64,000 bases of DNA from NCBI RefSeq assembly GCF_000189555.1, contig NC_017276.1; one strand, given 5' to 3'. Shown here in pieces: positions 42,134-52,645 of the stretch; position 1 is the stretch's first letter, and every line of letters starts with the position of its first letter. The translations under genes and the position numbers were made by a program. Below the pieces are notes generated by a model. It did not search any database, had not been told where the DNA came from, and saw only the letters and a program-made list of their open reading frames with translations. This stretch comes from Saccharolobus islandicus REY15A (lineage in GTDB: Archaea > Thermoproteota > Thermoprotei_A > Sulfolobales > Sulfolobaceae).

Positions 42134-43431
42134 TCCATTTCCTTCCCTTTAGTCTCTTTAAGTACAGCTAGCGCAATTAGTGATATAATGAAATAAGCCG
42201 CGAACACCGCACCAAAGGCCCACCAATTTACTAAATATTTCTCTCCTACTAGATCGGCAACTATTATTGGAGCAAGTCCACCAGCAAATGGCGCTGCCAT
42301 GTGGTAAGACAATCCGGTACCAGAATACCTATATTTTGTAGGGAAATTCTCAGCGAAGAAAGCCGGAATTATAGCGTAAGATCCTAGTACTGCTACTACC
42401 ATGAGTGTTTGTGCTAACAATATTATTGAAAATGATTTTGAAAATAGCAGTAAAACGTATGGGAAGCTAAAGGCTAAGCCAAATCCAAACGCTATCATCA
42501 TTCCTAATCTTCTCCCTATTTTATCGCTTAAAATTCCAAATAATACCGTTATGAATATGCCTATCAACGCAGAGACCGTTACGCTTAAGAGACCTAGACT
42601 CTTTGGGAAACCTATTCCAGCAAGAAAGGTTACTGAATAAACTGAATATAAGTAGAAGCCTGCATTCTGAGCTGCCCACGAAGCTGCCAGTAAGAGTATC
42701 TTACTCCAGTATTTCCTCCAAACTTCTATGGATGGTATTTTTGAAACTTCTCCTTTTTCTATGACTCTTTCAAATAATGGACTCTCCAGTAATGCTAGCC
42801 TTATAACTATACCTATGACAGCTGCAATGGCTCCAATCCAAAAAGCTATTCTCCATCCGTAATTCAACAAAGCTAGAGGTGAACTGCTAGGAAATGTTGC
42901 AAAAAGACCTAGTATCGCGGAAGCCCATAATAATCCTATGGGAACACCTTGTTGGACCCAGCTTCCCCAAAATGCTCTCCATCTTGATTTCGCAGCGTAT
43001 TCAGTTAACCAAGTAGTTGCTCCTCCCCATTCGCCACCAACACCAATCCCTTGTAGAATTCTACTGATTGTAGCTATTGTTAAGGCCAGAAAACCTATTT
43101 GTGAATATCCTGGTAGGAAACCTATAATCCCAGTTCCCATACCCATTAGTATTAAATCCCACAGCAATCCTGTTCTTCTACCTAATTTATCTCCTAAATG
43201 TCCAAATATCATCGCACCTACTGGCCTTGCCACAAATCCCACTGCATAGGTAGATAGGGATACTAGCAGAGCCGTTAGTGGATTGTATGATGGTGGGAAG
43301 AACAGTTTCGGAAATATTAGTGAGGCAGCATATCCGTATAAGAAGAAATCGTACCACTCTATTGTAGTACCTAGGGAAGTACCTACAGCTACCTTAATTA
43401 CTTGCCCAGTGCTTATTTCCCTTCCTCCCAT
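42130..43431 (-). CDS. MFS transporter (metabolite:H+ symporter family)
   Basis: GTTIEWYDF, GDKLGRR and QGIGVGGEWGG motifs. Confidence 0.92.
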   Translation of the reverse strand: MGGREISTGQVIKVAVGTSLGTTIEWYDFFLYGYAASLIFPKLFFPPSYNPLTALLVSLSTYAVGFVARPVGAMIFGHLGDKLGRRTGLLWDLILMGMGTGIIGFLPGYSQIGFLALTIATISRILQGIGVGGEWGGATTWLTEYAAKSRWRAFWGSWVQQGVPIGLLWASAILGLFATFPSSSPLALLNYGWRIAFWIGAIAAVIGIVIRLALLESPLFERVIEKGEVSKIPSIEVWRKYWSKILLLAASWAAQNAGFYLYSVYSVTFLAGIGFPKSLGLLSVTVSALIGIFITVLFGILSDKIGRRLGMMIAFGFGLAFSFPYVLLLFSKSFSIILLAQTLMVVAVLGSYAIIPAFFAENFPTKYRYSGTGLSYHMAAPFAGGLAPIIVADLVGEKYLVNWWAFGAVFAAYFIISLIALAVLKETKGKEMD

Positions 43432-43695
43432 AAGAAATTCTTTCTTCCAATTATTAATAAAGTTTGCTATTTACTAGAAATATGTAACTATACAAGATAT
43501 ATTTAAATTAATTTCTTGGAGATATAGTTGAAAATAGGAAAGTATAGATCTAGTAGAATTTATTTATAATAAATAAAGCGGATTTAAGTAGGAAGAATAT
43601 TTTATCAACTAGGAACTAATAAGGATTTAGTGAGTAAAGCTATATCCCCATAAAAATCAAGCTATGTTTCTACAAAAATAAAGGATAGTAAGAAT

Positions 43696-43709
43696 CTTTA
43701 CTAGTAAAG
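43696..43709. promoter_or_regulatory. 14-bp perfect palindrome next to a TATA box
   Basis: CTTTACTAGTAAAG immediately 5' of TTATATAT, upstream of the sugar-porter gene. Confidence 0.45.
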
Positions 43710-43760
43710 TTATATATTTAAATATTTCCTTAATTATATGGTTATGCTGATGGAGAGATT

Positions 43761-45185
43761 ATGTCACAATACTCTAAAGAAGAAATAGATAGGGGTATCA
43801 AAAAGATATATGAGACGGTTTTGAATACAAAAAATATAACCTCAAGATATATAGTAATTTTAGCATTAGCTAGTCTCTGGCTAGATGCCTATGACTTCGC
43901 AAGTATGACTTTTGGTACTGCCTCCCTTAAGAGCACTTTCCCTTCTGTACCATCTGTTTTAATTTCCTTGGCTATAGGTGCAGTACAATTAGGTGCTATT
44001 ATAGGTGCAGTGGTTGGCGGTTGGCTAAATGATCGTATTGGTAGGAGGAACATGTTCATACTTAACATGATATTATTTACGGGTATGGCAATCTTGGGAG
44101 GATTATCTACTAACATTATAGAATTATCAATCTTCAGAGGCTTATTAGGTTTCGCTTTAGGGGCTGATACTGCAACAGGTTTTGCTTATATATTCGAGTA
44201 TTTAGAGAAAAAACAGAGACTATTTTGGTCTAATCTATGGCAAATACAATGGTATATCATGTATGAGGTTACCATAGCTTTAATAGTAGTTCCATTCTTC
44301 TTTACAGTTCACTCATTGACATCTCCCTTATTATGGAGAATTATTATGATAGTTGGAGGTGTTCTAGCTTTAGTAATATTACTACTAAGAGGTAGGATTC
44401 CAGAATCGGTATTATGGTTAGCATATCAAGGTAAATTAGCTACTGCCAAGAAAATATTGAAACATACCTACGGAATAGATTTGCCAGAGGTCCCAGACGT
44501 AGATTTGCAATTAAGGGCACCAGCTAGAGGAGTAAGGAGTGCCTTTAGTATATTTAGAGCGAGTAAATGGAGGGAGCTGGTCTATTCCTTTAACGGTAAC
44601 TTTGAACAAGGATTCATATTCTATACATTTGGTTTTTATGTACCTTATATATTACTAGCGCTAAAACTGGCTGGGCCACTTGCCTCAATAGTAGCTTCTG
44701 CATTCCTATATGGCGGAGGCGTAATAGGTGGCTATTTGACAGCATGGCTAACACCTAAAATTGGTACTAAATCACAATATGTAATAGGAGCAATAGGTGA
44801 GGGAATTTCAGTAGGGTTAATTGCACTTACGTATATTTATCACTTACCACTAATATATTTTGTAGTGTTCTCTTTCCTATTTTACTTCTTCCATGTCATA
44901 GGTCCAGCCAGTCAAGGGATGACATCCATAAATGCATTTTTTGGAGCCAAAGAAAGAGGTACTGCTGCGGGATGGGGATATTTCTGGGTAAAATTGGCTG
45001 CTTTTATAGGGTTGCTAATAGGAATTGTTGGTATCACATATAACCCAGTTTCCTTGACATTAGGTTTGGCAATTTATGGTGTATTAACAGGAATAGTAGG
45101 GTTAATAATAGGTTATGATACAAGGACATACAAATTAGCAGATGTGGAAGAATTAGAAGAGAATCCACAAGAGAGTGTACAGTAG
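43761..45185 (+). CDS. MFS sugar porter
   Basis: DAYD, NDRIGRR, GFALGAD and IPESVLWL motifs. Confidence 0.88.
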   Translation: MSQYSKEEIDRGIKKIYETVLNTKNITSRYIVILALASLWLDAYDFASMTFGTASLKSTFPSVPSVLISLAIGAVQLGAIIGAVVGGWLNDRIGRRNMFILNMILFTGMAILGGLSTNIIELSIFRGLLGFALGADTATGFAYIFEYLEKKQRLFWSNLWQIQWYIMYEVTIALIVVPFFFTVHSLTSPLLWRIIMIVGGVLALVILLLRGRIPESVLWLAYQGKLATAKKILKHTYGIDLPEVPDVDLQLRAPARGVRSAFSIFRASKWRELVYSFNGNFEQGFIFYTFGFYVPYILLALKLAGPLASIVASAFLYGGGVIGGYLTAWLTPKIGTKSQYVIGAIGEGISVGLIALTYIYHLPLIYFVVFSFLFYFFHVIGPASQGMTSINAFFGAKERGTAAGWGYFWVKLAAFIGLLIGIVGITYNPVSLTLGLAIYGVLTGIVGLIIGYDTRTYKLADVEELEENPQESVQ

Positions 45186-45207
45186 TTAATTTTGATAATA
45201 ATAAAAA

Positions 45208-46089
45208 CTAAGTTATTTTTCTTCTTTTTTTAACTGGAGTTATGAGTGTCCCGATATTACTTATAGTTATTTCCACGATGTCCTCATCTTTAAGCCCCTT
45301 ATCTCTTCCTGGAACGATTGCAGTACCTGTAGTTAGAATCGTCCCGTCCGGTATTGGGTTATCCCTAATTAAGTATTGTATTTGCTCCTCAATTTTCCTC
45401 CTCATCTTGTTTGTATTCACTGATCCCTCAAAAAACACTCTATCTTTCCTCACAATTTTCAGAGTGATATCAAGACTATATGGGTTCTTAATCTCATCGG
45501 AGGTAACAATAACTGGCCCAAAGGCACAACAACCAGCGTATATCTTAGACTGTGGTAAGTAGAGAGGATTTTCAGCCTCTAAATCTCTGGCAGAAACGTC
45601 GTCCATTATGGTATAGCCTAAGATTTTACCATTGGAGTCTAATACTACTGCTAATTCCGGTTCTGGTAGTGTCCACTCGGAATCGCTTCTTACCGCTATT
45701 GCCTCACCATGTCCTACACACCTATTTGGAGTAGCCTTGAAGAATATCTCTGGTCTAACAGCATCATACACTTTTTCATAGATCGTCTTACCTAATATTT
45801 TAGCTACATTCTCTTCAGAATATCTCTCCCTGGCCATTTCGTACGATATTCCAGATCCCCAAACTTCTGGAGGGTCAATTGGTTTTGTTATTCTAATATC
45901 GTTAATCTGAAAGCTCTTTAGCAGAGACTGATAATCTATTCCAGTGACTCTATCTCCTAAGACTTCCTTATTTTCCGAATACCTCATTAGGGCTTTAATT
46001 GGATCTTCATCTAACCTTATTATTGTACTATTATCTAATATTGCATAACTTATGTAATATCCTCTTTTTACAACTCTAAATAATTTCAT
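45208..46089 (-). CDS. kdaD: 2-keto-3-deoxy-D-arabinonate dehydratase (FAH family)
   Basis: EVWGSGISY, RPEIFFKA, PEPEL and DDVSARD motifs; divergent from dopDH; start at 46089 or 46092. Confidence 0.85.
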   Translation of the reverse strand: MKLFRVVKRGYYISYAILDNSTIIRLDEDPIKALMRYSENKEVLGDRVTGIDYQSLLKSFQINDIRITKPIDPPEVWGSGISYEMARERYSEENVAKILGKTIYEKVYDAVRPEIFFKATPNRCVGHGEAIAVRSDSEWTLPEPELAVVLDSNGKILGYTIMDDVSARDLEAENPLYLPQSKIYAGCCAFGPVIVTSDEIKNPYSLDITLKIVRKDRVFFEGSVNTNKMRRKIEEQIQYLIRDNPIPDGTILTTGTAIVPGRDKGLKDEDIVEITISNIGTLITPVKKRRKIT

Positions 46090-46130
46090 CATGATAAAAA
46101 TGCATTTAGCATATAATAAAGTTGGTAGTA

Positions 46131-46138
46131 AACATGTT
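46131..46138. promoter_or_regulatory. ARA box
   Basis: Exact AACATGTT palindrome between the divergent kdaD and dopDH genes. Confidence 0.85.
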
Positions 46139-46178
46139 AGCATACAAAAATAAAAACCATTAAGGTGATATAGTTCGT

Positions 46179-47615
46179 ATGAAATCGTATCAAGGATTGG
46201 CTGACAAGTGGATTAAGGGCAGTGGGGAAGAATACCTTGATATTAATCCGGCTGATAAGGATCACGTATTAGCTAAGATAAGATTATATACAAAAGATGA
46301 CGTTAAAGAAGCTATAAACAAGGCTGTAGCCAAATTCGACGAATGGTCAAGGACTCCAGCACCTAAAAGAGGCTCAATATTACTTAAGGCAGGGGAATTA
46401 ATGGAACAAGAAGCCCAAGAGTTTGCGCTATTGATGACATTAGAGGAGGGTAAGACTCTCAAGGATAGTATGTTTGAAGTGACAAGAAGTTATAATTTAC
46501 TGAAATTTTATGGAGCATTAGGATTTAAGATATCTGGGAAAACGCTTCCTTCAGCAGATCCTAATACTAGGATATTTACAGTAAAGGAACCCTTAGGCGT
46601 AGTAGCTTTAATTACGCCGTGGAATTTCCCATTATCAATACCAGTATGGAAATTGGCTCCAGCCTTGGCTGCGGGTAACACTGCAGTAATAAAACCAGCG
46701 ACGAAAACACCGTTAATGGTAGCCAAATTGGTAGAAGTATTGTCTAAAGCTGGATTGCCAGAGGGTGTCGTGAATTTAGTAGTTGGTAAGGGAAGTGAAG
46801 TCGGAGATACCATAGTAAGTGATGATAATATAGCTGCAGTATCATTTACTGGATCAACCGAGGTAGGTAAGAGAATTTACAAACTCGTAGGAAATAAAAA
46901 TAGAATGACAAGAATTCAACTAGAGCTAGGAGGTAAAAACGCGTTATATGTGGATAAGAGCGCTGACTTAACGTTAGCTGCTGAATTAGCCGTAAGAGGA
47001 GGATTTGGACTAACCGGTCAATCATGTACTGCAACTAGTAGGTTAATAATTCACAAGGATGTATATACTCAATTTAAACAAAGACTACTAGAAAGAGTTA
47101 AGAAGTGGAGAGTAGGACCGGGTACTGAAGATGTTGATATGGGTCCAGTTGTAGATGAAGGTCAATTTAAGAAAGACTTAGAATATATAGAATACGGAAA
47201 GAATGCCGGAGCAAAACTAATTTATGGTGGAAATATAATACCGGGGAAGGGATATTTTCTAGAACCTACAATTTTCGAAGGAGTCACATCTCATATGAGG
47301 CTATTTAAAGAAGAGATTTTCGGTCCAGTACTTAGTGTCACTGAGGCAAAAGATTTAGATGAGGCTATAAGGCTAGTTAACGCTGTAGACTATGGACATA
47401 CAGCTGGAATAGTCGCAAGCGATATCAAGGCGATTAACGAGTTCGTTAGTAGGGTAGAGGCAGGAGTTATAAAGGTTAATAAGCCAACAGTAGGACTGGA
47501 ATTGCAAGCACCATTTGGTGGTTTTAAGAACTCTGGAGCCACTACGTGGAAAGAGATGGGAGAAGATGCTTTAGAGTTCTACCTTAAGGAGAAGACAGTA
47601 TACGAAGGCTGGTAA
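46179..47615 (+). CDS. Aldehyde dehydrogenase (2,5-dioxopentanoate dehydrogenase-like)
   Basis: PWNFP, FTGST, LELGGKN, GQSCTA and EEIFGP motifs; pentose-pathway context. Confidence 0.88.
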   Translation: MKSYQGLADKWIKGSGEEYLDINPADKDHVLAKIRLYTKDDVKEAINKAVAKFDEWSRTPAPKRGSILLKAGELMEQEAQEFALLMTLEEGKTLKDSMFEVTRSYNLLKFYGALGFKISGKTLPSADPNTRIFTVKEPLGVVALITPWNFPLSIPVWKLAPALAAGNTAVIKPATKTPLMVAKLVEVLSKAGLPEGVVNLVVGKGSEVGDTIVSDDNIAAVSFTGSTEVGKRIYKLVGNKNRMTRIQLELGGKNALYVDKSADLTLAAELAVRGGFGLTGQSCTATSRLIIHKDVYTQFKQRLLERVKKWRVGPGTEDVDMGPVVDEGQFKKDLEYIEYGKNAGAKLIYGGNIIPGKGYFLEPTIFEGVTSHMRLFKEEIFGPVLSVTEAKDLDEAIRLVNAVDYGHTAGIVASDIKAINEFVSRVEAGVIKVNKPTVGLELQAPFGGFKNSGATTWKEMGEDALEFYLKEKTVYEGW

Positions 47616-47696
47616 TTAATTCTTTTTTCCTCATATCATCTTAATTCAAAGTTGCAAGTCAAGGTTTTTATCATCTTGTCATACTATTTTATAACT

Positions 47697-48608
47697 ATGA
47701 AAGGTTATTCTATAAATGTGGAGGAAGGTTATAAGAGAATCTTTGGAATAAACATATACTATAAGTTGTATAGAGTAAAGGGTAGTAATAGGAATTTGGT
47801 CACTTTGCATGGCGGTCCTGGAGGTTCTCATGATTACCTAATACCTTTAGCTGACTTGTCAAATTACGGAATTAACGTCTTATTTTATGACCAATTTGGT
47901 TGCGGTAGGTCCGATGACCCTAAAGATACTTCTGATTATACCATAGATCACGGCTTAGAGGAATTAGAGGAACTTAGAAAGCAAGTTTTCGGCAATGATA
48001 AGATTGTATTATTGGGACACTCCTACGGTGGAGCGTTGGCAATAGCTTATGCACTTAAGTATCAACAGTTTTTAAGAGGTCTTATTGTAAGTAGTGGACT
48101 ATCAAGTGTTCCCTATACCGTTAAAGAGATGAGGAGATTAATTGAGGAATTACCAGATAAGTACAAGACAATTATAAAGAGATATGAAAGTTTAGGTGAT
48201 TTCAAAAACCCAGAATATTTAGATGCCGTAAACTTCTTCTATAGTCAACATCTATTGAGACTTAAGGAAATGCCGGAACCAGTTAAAAGGACTTTCGAGT
48301 ACATAGAAAAAAGGAGGACGTATGAAATAATGAATGGTCCGAACGAGTTTACTATCATTGGAACAATAAAGGATTGGGACGTTACTGAGCAATTGTATAA
48401 AATAACTGTTCCTACTCTAATAACCGTGGGAAAATACGACGAAGTAACTGTTAATGTAGCTCAGCTTATTCATAAAAATATTAAGGGATCTAGACTTGTC
48501 ATTTTCGAGAATAGCTCCCATATGGCCATGTGGGAGGAAAAGGATAAATATCTTGAAGTTATAAAGGAGTTTATCGATCAAGTGTATTCACTTAATATGG
48601 TTAAGTGA
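47697..48608 (+). CDS. Proline iminopeptidase (tricorn interacting factor F1-like)
   Basis: HGGPG, GHSYGG and MNGPNEF motifs. Confidence 0.9.
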   Translation: MKGYSINVEEGYKRIFGINIYYKLYRVKGSNRNLVTLHGGPGGSHDYLIPLADLSNYGINVLFYDQFGCGRSDDPKDTSDYTIDHGLEELEELRKQVFGNDKIVLLGHSYGGALAIAYALKYQQFLRGLIVSSGLSSVPYTVKEMRRLIEELPDKYKTIIKRYESLGDFKNPEYLDAVNFFYSQHLLRLKEMPEPVKRTFEYIEKRRTYEIMNGPNEFTIIGTIKDWDVTEQLYKITVPTLITVGKYDEVTVNVAQLIHKNIKGSRLVIFENSSHMAMWEEKDKYLEVIKEFIDQVYSLNMVK

Positions 48609-48724
48609 TTCCTTTTTATAATACTAATGAAGTTTTTCGTTAAAATCCAATAGCGAGTTAGTAATTGATACTATCACAATAATAATATAAGTATATTTAC
48701 GTCAGCAGATATATAAAGAGTTTG

Positions 48725-49410
48725 ATGCACGTTTATAAAGTCGAGCTTGATCTTAAGCACGGTTCGTGTTGGACTTATAAGACGTCTAATTTCAAAGTAA
48801 AGGCCGGGTAAAATATCTCTTTCCACTGATAACTAAGAATTCAATTTTCGAAATAGCTGAGATTTACTCCAATGATAAAAACGAACTTTCAGATTTCATA
48901 TCAACAATTAATATGAAGATATGGCAATAATATAAAAGTAGCTAACATAGATAGACCAAGTTCTAGCAAAGTGGCCTTATTGTATTATTTTAAAAATTTT
49001 GACAACTCGGTTACAAGAGTCATAATAGAAAATAACGCAGTCATAACGAACTTATCCATAAGTAATGGAATAGAGGAATGGTATGCGTATTTCTTTGGAG
49101 AAGAGGAAATTCTCTCAAATATATCGCATGGTCTGAAGAGAATAGACGTTAAGGTGGAAAATATTGATATGGAAAAAACTAAGGTAAATGATATAAAAAT
49201 GATCTAGTTATAATTAATTCTTTAACTCCTACAGAAAGGGAGATACTCACAACTGCAATTAGACTAGGGTTCTTCGAATACCCTAAAAGAGTCAGATTAG
49301 AAGAATTGGCTGAGATGTTTGGAGTAACTAAGGTAACTTTAGATAGGCATATAAGAAATGGGTTGAGGAAAATTTTGAGGGGCGATTCAGGTTTCCATTG
49401 CGAATTGTAA
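48725..49410 (+). pseudogene. Bacterio-opsin-activator-type (HTH_10) regulator with three frameshifts
   Basis: Fragments MHVYKVELDLKHGSCW, VKYLFPL, ALLYYFKN and LTPTEREILTTAIRLGFFEYPKRVRLEELAEMFG lie in different frames. Confidence 0.85.
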
Positions 49411-49411
49411 T
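49377..49411 (+). repeat. 35-bp IS-end-like sequence, copy A
   Basis: GAGGGGCGATTCAGGTTTCCATTGCGAATTGTAAT; 32/35 identical to the reverse complement of 60385-60419. Confidence 0.8.
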
Positions 49412-50012
49412 ATTCTCTATGAATTAGAATAATTCAATAAATAAATTATTGTATATATTTCTAATAAAGTGAGAAGGATAAGGGATACTGTAATATTATT
49501 ATAATAATAAGAAAATAAGTTGATAGGTTATAGATATTAGCTATGGTTCGAGCAATCTGGAGCATCCTCCAGCCAGTTATTTATAAACTCTCAATAATTT
49601 GTTCTGAAATTTAAACGTCATTTTAATTAATTTTTGATGAGGTATGGTCTTCTAATACTTTCCTAGTCGTATTTAATCTCAATTACAAATGTTTAAACAT
49701 ACGTTGCAATCCTTGAAGTAACCCGTTGAATATAGCGCTTGGTGCAGTATATTAAAAGGGAAACAATTAACTTGGAGCTATAACTATGTTTGCAGAAATT
49801 ACAATATGTCTTCTTAGCTCCAAACTGCTAAGGTTTCCCTCATCTATTCGGAACTTAAGGAACAGTTGGAAGGCTCAAAGGCACCTTCCCATATATCCAT
49901 AGCAATACGAAGATTTATAACTAAAAGTTTTGCTCCTTATGGCGAGGATAAATAGTGAAACGATATTTGTAAAGTCTAATGTTTTAATACCTTTCTCACG
50001 TTTTCTTCTTAT

Positions 50013-50771
50013 ATGCGTAAATTCTGTGATTTAAGCGGGAGAATAGCCATTGTAACTGGAGGTGCTAGTGGAATAGGAAGGGCCATAGCGTTCAAATTAG
50101 CGAGTCTGGGAGCTACCGTAGTTTTAGGCGATGTAAAGTTAGAGGAACTTAAAAACGTCGTGAATGAAATTACCCAACAGACAGGTTCTAAAGTCGTTCC
50201 CCTTTATGTAAACGTGGGTGATTTCAATTCAGCTAAGGAGTTCTATCAAAAAGCTACTGAGATCCTAGGAATAGATTACGTAGATATTTTAGTAAACAAT
50301 GCGGGGATAAATAGGGACGCCTTATTTGTTAAGATGACTTTTGAACAGTGGGATGAGGTAATGAAAGTCGACCTATATAGTATGTTCAATATGACTAAAC
50401 AAGTTGTTGATGGAATGATAAGAAGAAACTACGGAAGAATAATAAATATGTCGTCAATGAGTTGGTTGGGGAATATTGGACAAGCTAATTATTCAGCAGC
50501 TAAGGCTGGGGTTATAGGCTTCACGAAAACTCTAGCAAGGGAATTGGCTAAATATAACATCACCGTAAACGCTATAACTCCAGGTTTCATTGATACTCCA
50601 ATGACGAGGGCAGTTCCAGAGAAGGTTAGACAAAAAATTATAGAGAGAATACCAATGGGTAGAGTTGGTAGTCCAGAAGAGGTAGCTAATCTAATAGCTT
50701 TCCTATCCTCTGAAGAAGCATCCTACATAACGGGAGAGGTAATAGGAGTTACCGGGGGTTTGGTGTTGTGA
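50013..50771 (+). CDS. fabG: 3-oxoacyl-(ACP/CoA) reductase, SDR family
   Basis: TGGASGIG, NNAG and YSAAK motifs. Confidence 0.88.
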   Translation: MRKFCDLSGRIAIVTGGASGIGRAIAFKLASLGATVVLGDVKLEELKNVVNEITQQTGSKVVPLYVNVGDFNSAKEFYQKATEILGIDYVDILVNNAGINRDALFVKMTFEQWDEVMKVDLYSMFNMTKQVVDGMIRRNYGRIINMSSMSWLGNIGQANYSAAKAGVIGFTKTLARELAKYNITVNAITPGFIDTPMTRAVPEKVRQKIIERIPMGRVGSPEEVANLIAFLSSEEASYITGEVIGVTGGLVL

Positions 50772-51925
50772 TAACTGGTTTCGCCAGCAGTCTCTACAAA
50801 AAGTATGAAGGGTCAACCTTTGAATTATTAGCGGATACTGTATTTTCTGCATTAGAAATGGCAGGTTTAGATAAGAATTACGTAGATGGAATATATCTTA
50901 CATATTTGCCGGGAACCTTCGACGGTTACGCTAATTCCCACTTTTTCACAAACCAAGTGGCCCAATATCTTGGAATAAGACCTAAATTCACTCAAATCTT
51001 TGATTATGGAGGAGCTTCAGCCTTAAGTATGATACACAGAGCATATAAGGCAATTAAGGCTGGAGAAGGTGAAACAATCTTATGTATAGTAGGCGGAAAA
51101 GCTACAGAACTGAGAAATAAGGGAGTTACCGTGGATGCAATAGATAAGGCATACCCTAACGTATCTCTAACGCCATTTGATAGGCTTTTCAGAGGACTTA
51201 ACGATCTAAACCCAGTATCAGATTACGCACTGGTAGCCAATAGGCATAAGTACCTCTTTAAAAGTACGGACGAACAAAGGGCCTTAATAGCAGTTAGGCA
51301 AAGGTTTAACGCAATGCAAAACAGTAAGGCCATGTTTAAAGATCCGCTAACTATAGAGCAAGTTTTGAAATCTCCACTAGTATCTTATCCTTTGCATCTT
51401 CTTGAGATAGTTTACCCTATAGATGGTTTTCACGTTTTTGTGGTAAGTAAGAGAAGCGGCAAGTCAGCCCTTACAAATATAGACATCTTGGGATATGGAG
51501 AGGCTCATTGGCCTTTTATGCCTACAGAGCTAGATGAGATAGTATATACTCCAGCTGTTGAGAGTTCTAAGGGATTATTAAATGGAAGGATAGACGCTTT
51601 TGAGCTTTACGATTCATTTACCATTACCGTTATGCTACAAGTTGAGGATATTGGCTTAGCGGAGAAGGGTAAGGGAGGCTCGTTCTTTGAAAATCACGAT
51701 ACTACATTCAAGGGTGATGTTCCAATTAATACTGGGGGTGGTAGTTTGAATACTGGTCAACCCGCTTACATGAGTGGTGGTGTTATTTTAGAAGAAGCTT
51801 TACTTCAATTAAACGATATGGCAGATGGCCATCAAGTTAAGGGTACTGACGTTGTATTCCTAAATGGAATTGGTGGGTGGAATAGGTCTCATTCGGTATC
51901 TTTAGTATTAGGTGAGAAGAAATGA
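50768..51925 (+). CDS. Thiolase-fold protein (SCP-x/Ltp2-like)
   Basis: GGAS, ELYDSF and NTGGG motifs; adjacent DUF35 partner. Confidence 0.85.
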   Translation: MITGFASSLYKKYEGSTFELLADTVFSALEMAGLDKNYVDGIYLTYLPGTFDGYANSHFFTNQVAQYLGIRPKFTQIFDYGGASALSMIHRAYKAIKAGEGETILCIVGGKATELRNKGVTVDAIDKAYPNVSLTPFDRLFRGLNDLNPVSDYALVANRHKYLFKSTDEQRALIAVRQRFNAMQNSKAMFKDPLTIEQVLKSPLVSYPLHLLEIVYPIDGFHVFVVSKRSGKSALTNIDILGYGEAHWPFMPTELDEIVYTPAVESSKGLLNGRIDAFELYDSFTITVMLQVEDIGLAEKGKGGSFFENHDTTFKGDVPINTGGGSLNTGQPAYMSGGVILEEALLQLNDMADGHQVKGTDVVFLNGIGGWNRSHSVSLVLGEKK

Positions 51926-52272
51926 GGTTAGAAGAAATATATTCCACTTATGATAAAATAGTACAGAGTGGATATTTACCATATATTAGATGCAGGAAGT
52001 GTACGAATACTTTCTTCTACGTTAGGAATTTGTGTCCTAAATGTGGATCAAGAGATTTAGAGGTTGTAAGAAGTGGTGGAATAGGTAAGGTTTTCTCGTG
52101 GACTAAGATATTTAGGAAAAACGATACTTCCATATACGGAATCGTGGAATTAGAGGAGGGATTTAAGATATATTGTAATTTCGCAAGTGATGTGGAGATA
52201 GGTGATAAAGTTAAGGTTAAAATTAACTCGTTGGAAGATGGTAAGTATAAAGTATTGGCATATAAGTTATAG
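51922..52272 (+). CDS. DUF35 zinc-ribbon/OB-fold protein
   Basis: CRKC...CPKC followed by an OB fold. Confidence 0.88.
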   Translation: MRLEEIYSTYDKIVQSGYLPYIRCRKCTNTFFYVRNLCPKCGSRDLEVVRSGGIGKVFSWTKIFRKNDTSIYGIVELEEGFKIYCNFASDVEIGDKVKVKINSLEDGKYKVLAYKL

Positions 52273-52542
52273 TTAAATATATTCAAGTTTTATTATTATT
52301 TTATCTTTAAAATTAATTATATATAGATCCCCTTTTTCTGTTACTACATCGCATTCTAATCTTTCTTTAATGCACTTAATCCACATACCTTCAAAGTTAG
52401 TCCCCTCCTTTACTGTTGTCTTCGATATTGATTGGAAGGTATTGCTCTCAGAAAAATTTACTGCTTTCCTCACACTAACTTTAAATCCCTTAATTGAAGG
52501 ATTTTGCAATATGTTTTTTATATCCTCAAATTTGAAACTCAT
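52273..52542 (-). CDS. Hypothetical protein
   Basis: 89-aa ORF, no motif recognised. Confidence 0.65.
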   Translation of the reverse strand: MSFKFEDIKNILQNPSIKGFKVSVRKAVNFSESNTFQSISKTTVKEGTNFEGMWIKCIKERLECDVVTEKGDLYIINFKDKIIIKLEYI

Positions 52543-52645
52543 TTCATTTCTACATTTCTTATAAGAGAATATAAAGCTTCTCTTGTTAACATTTTTACAT
52601 TAATATCATTAATAGTCATCTAAATTATAATTTCTATGCCTACAA

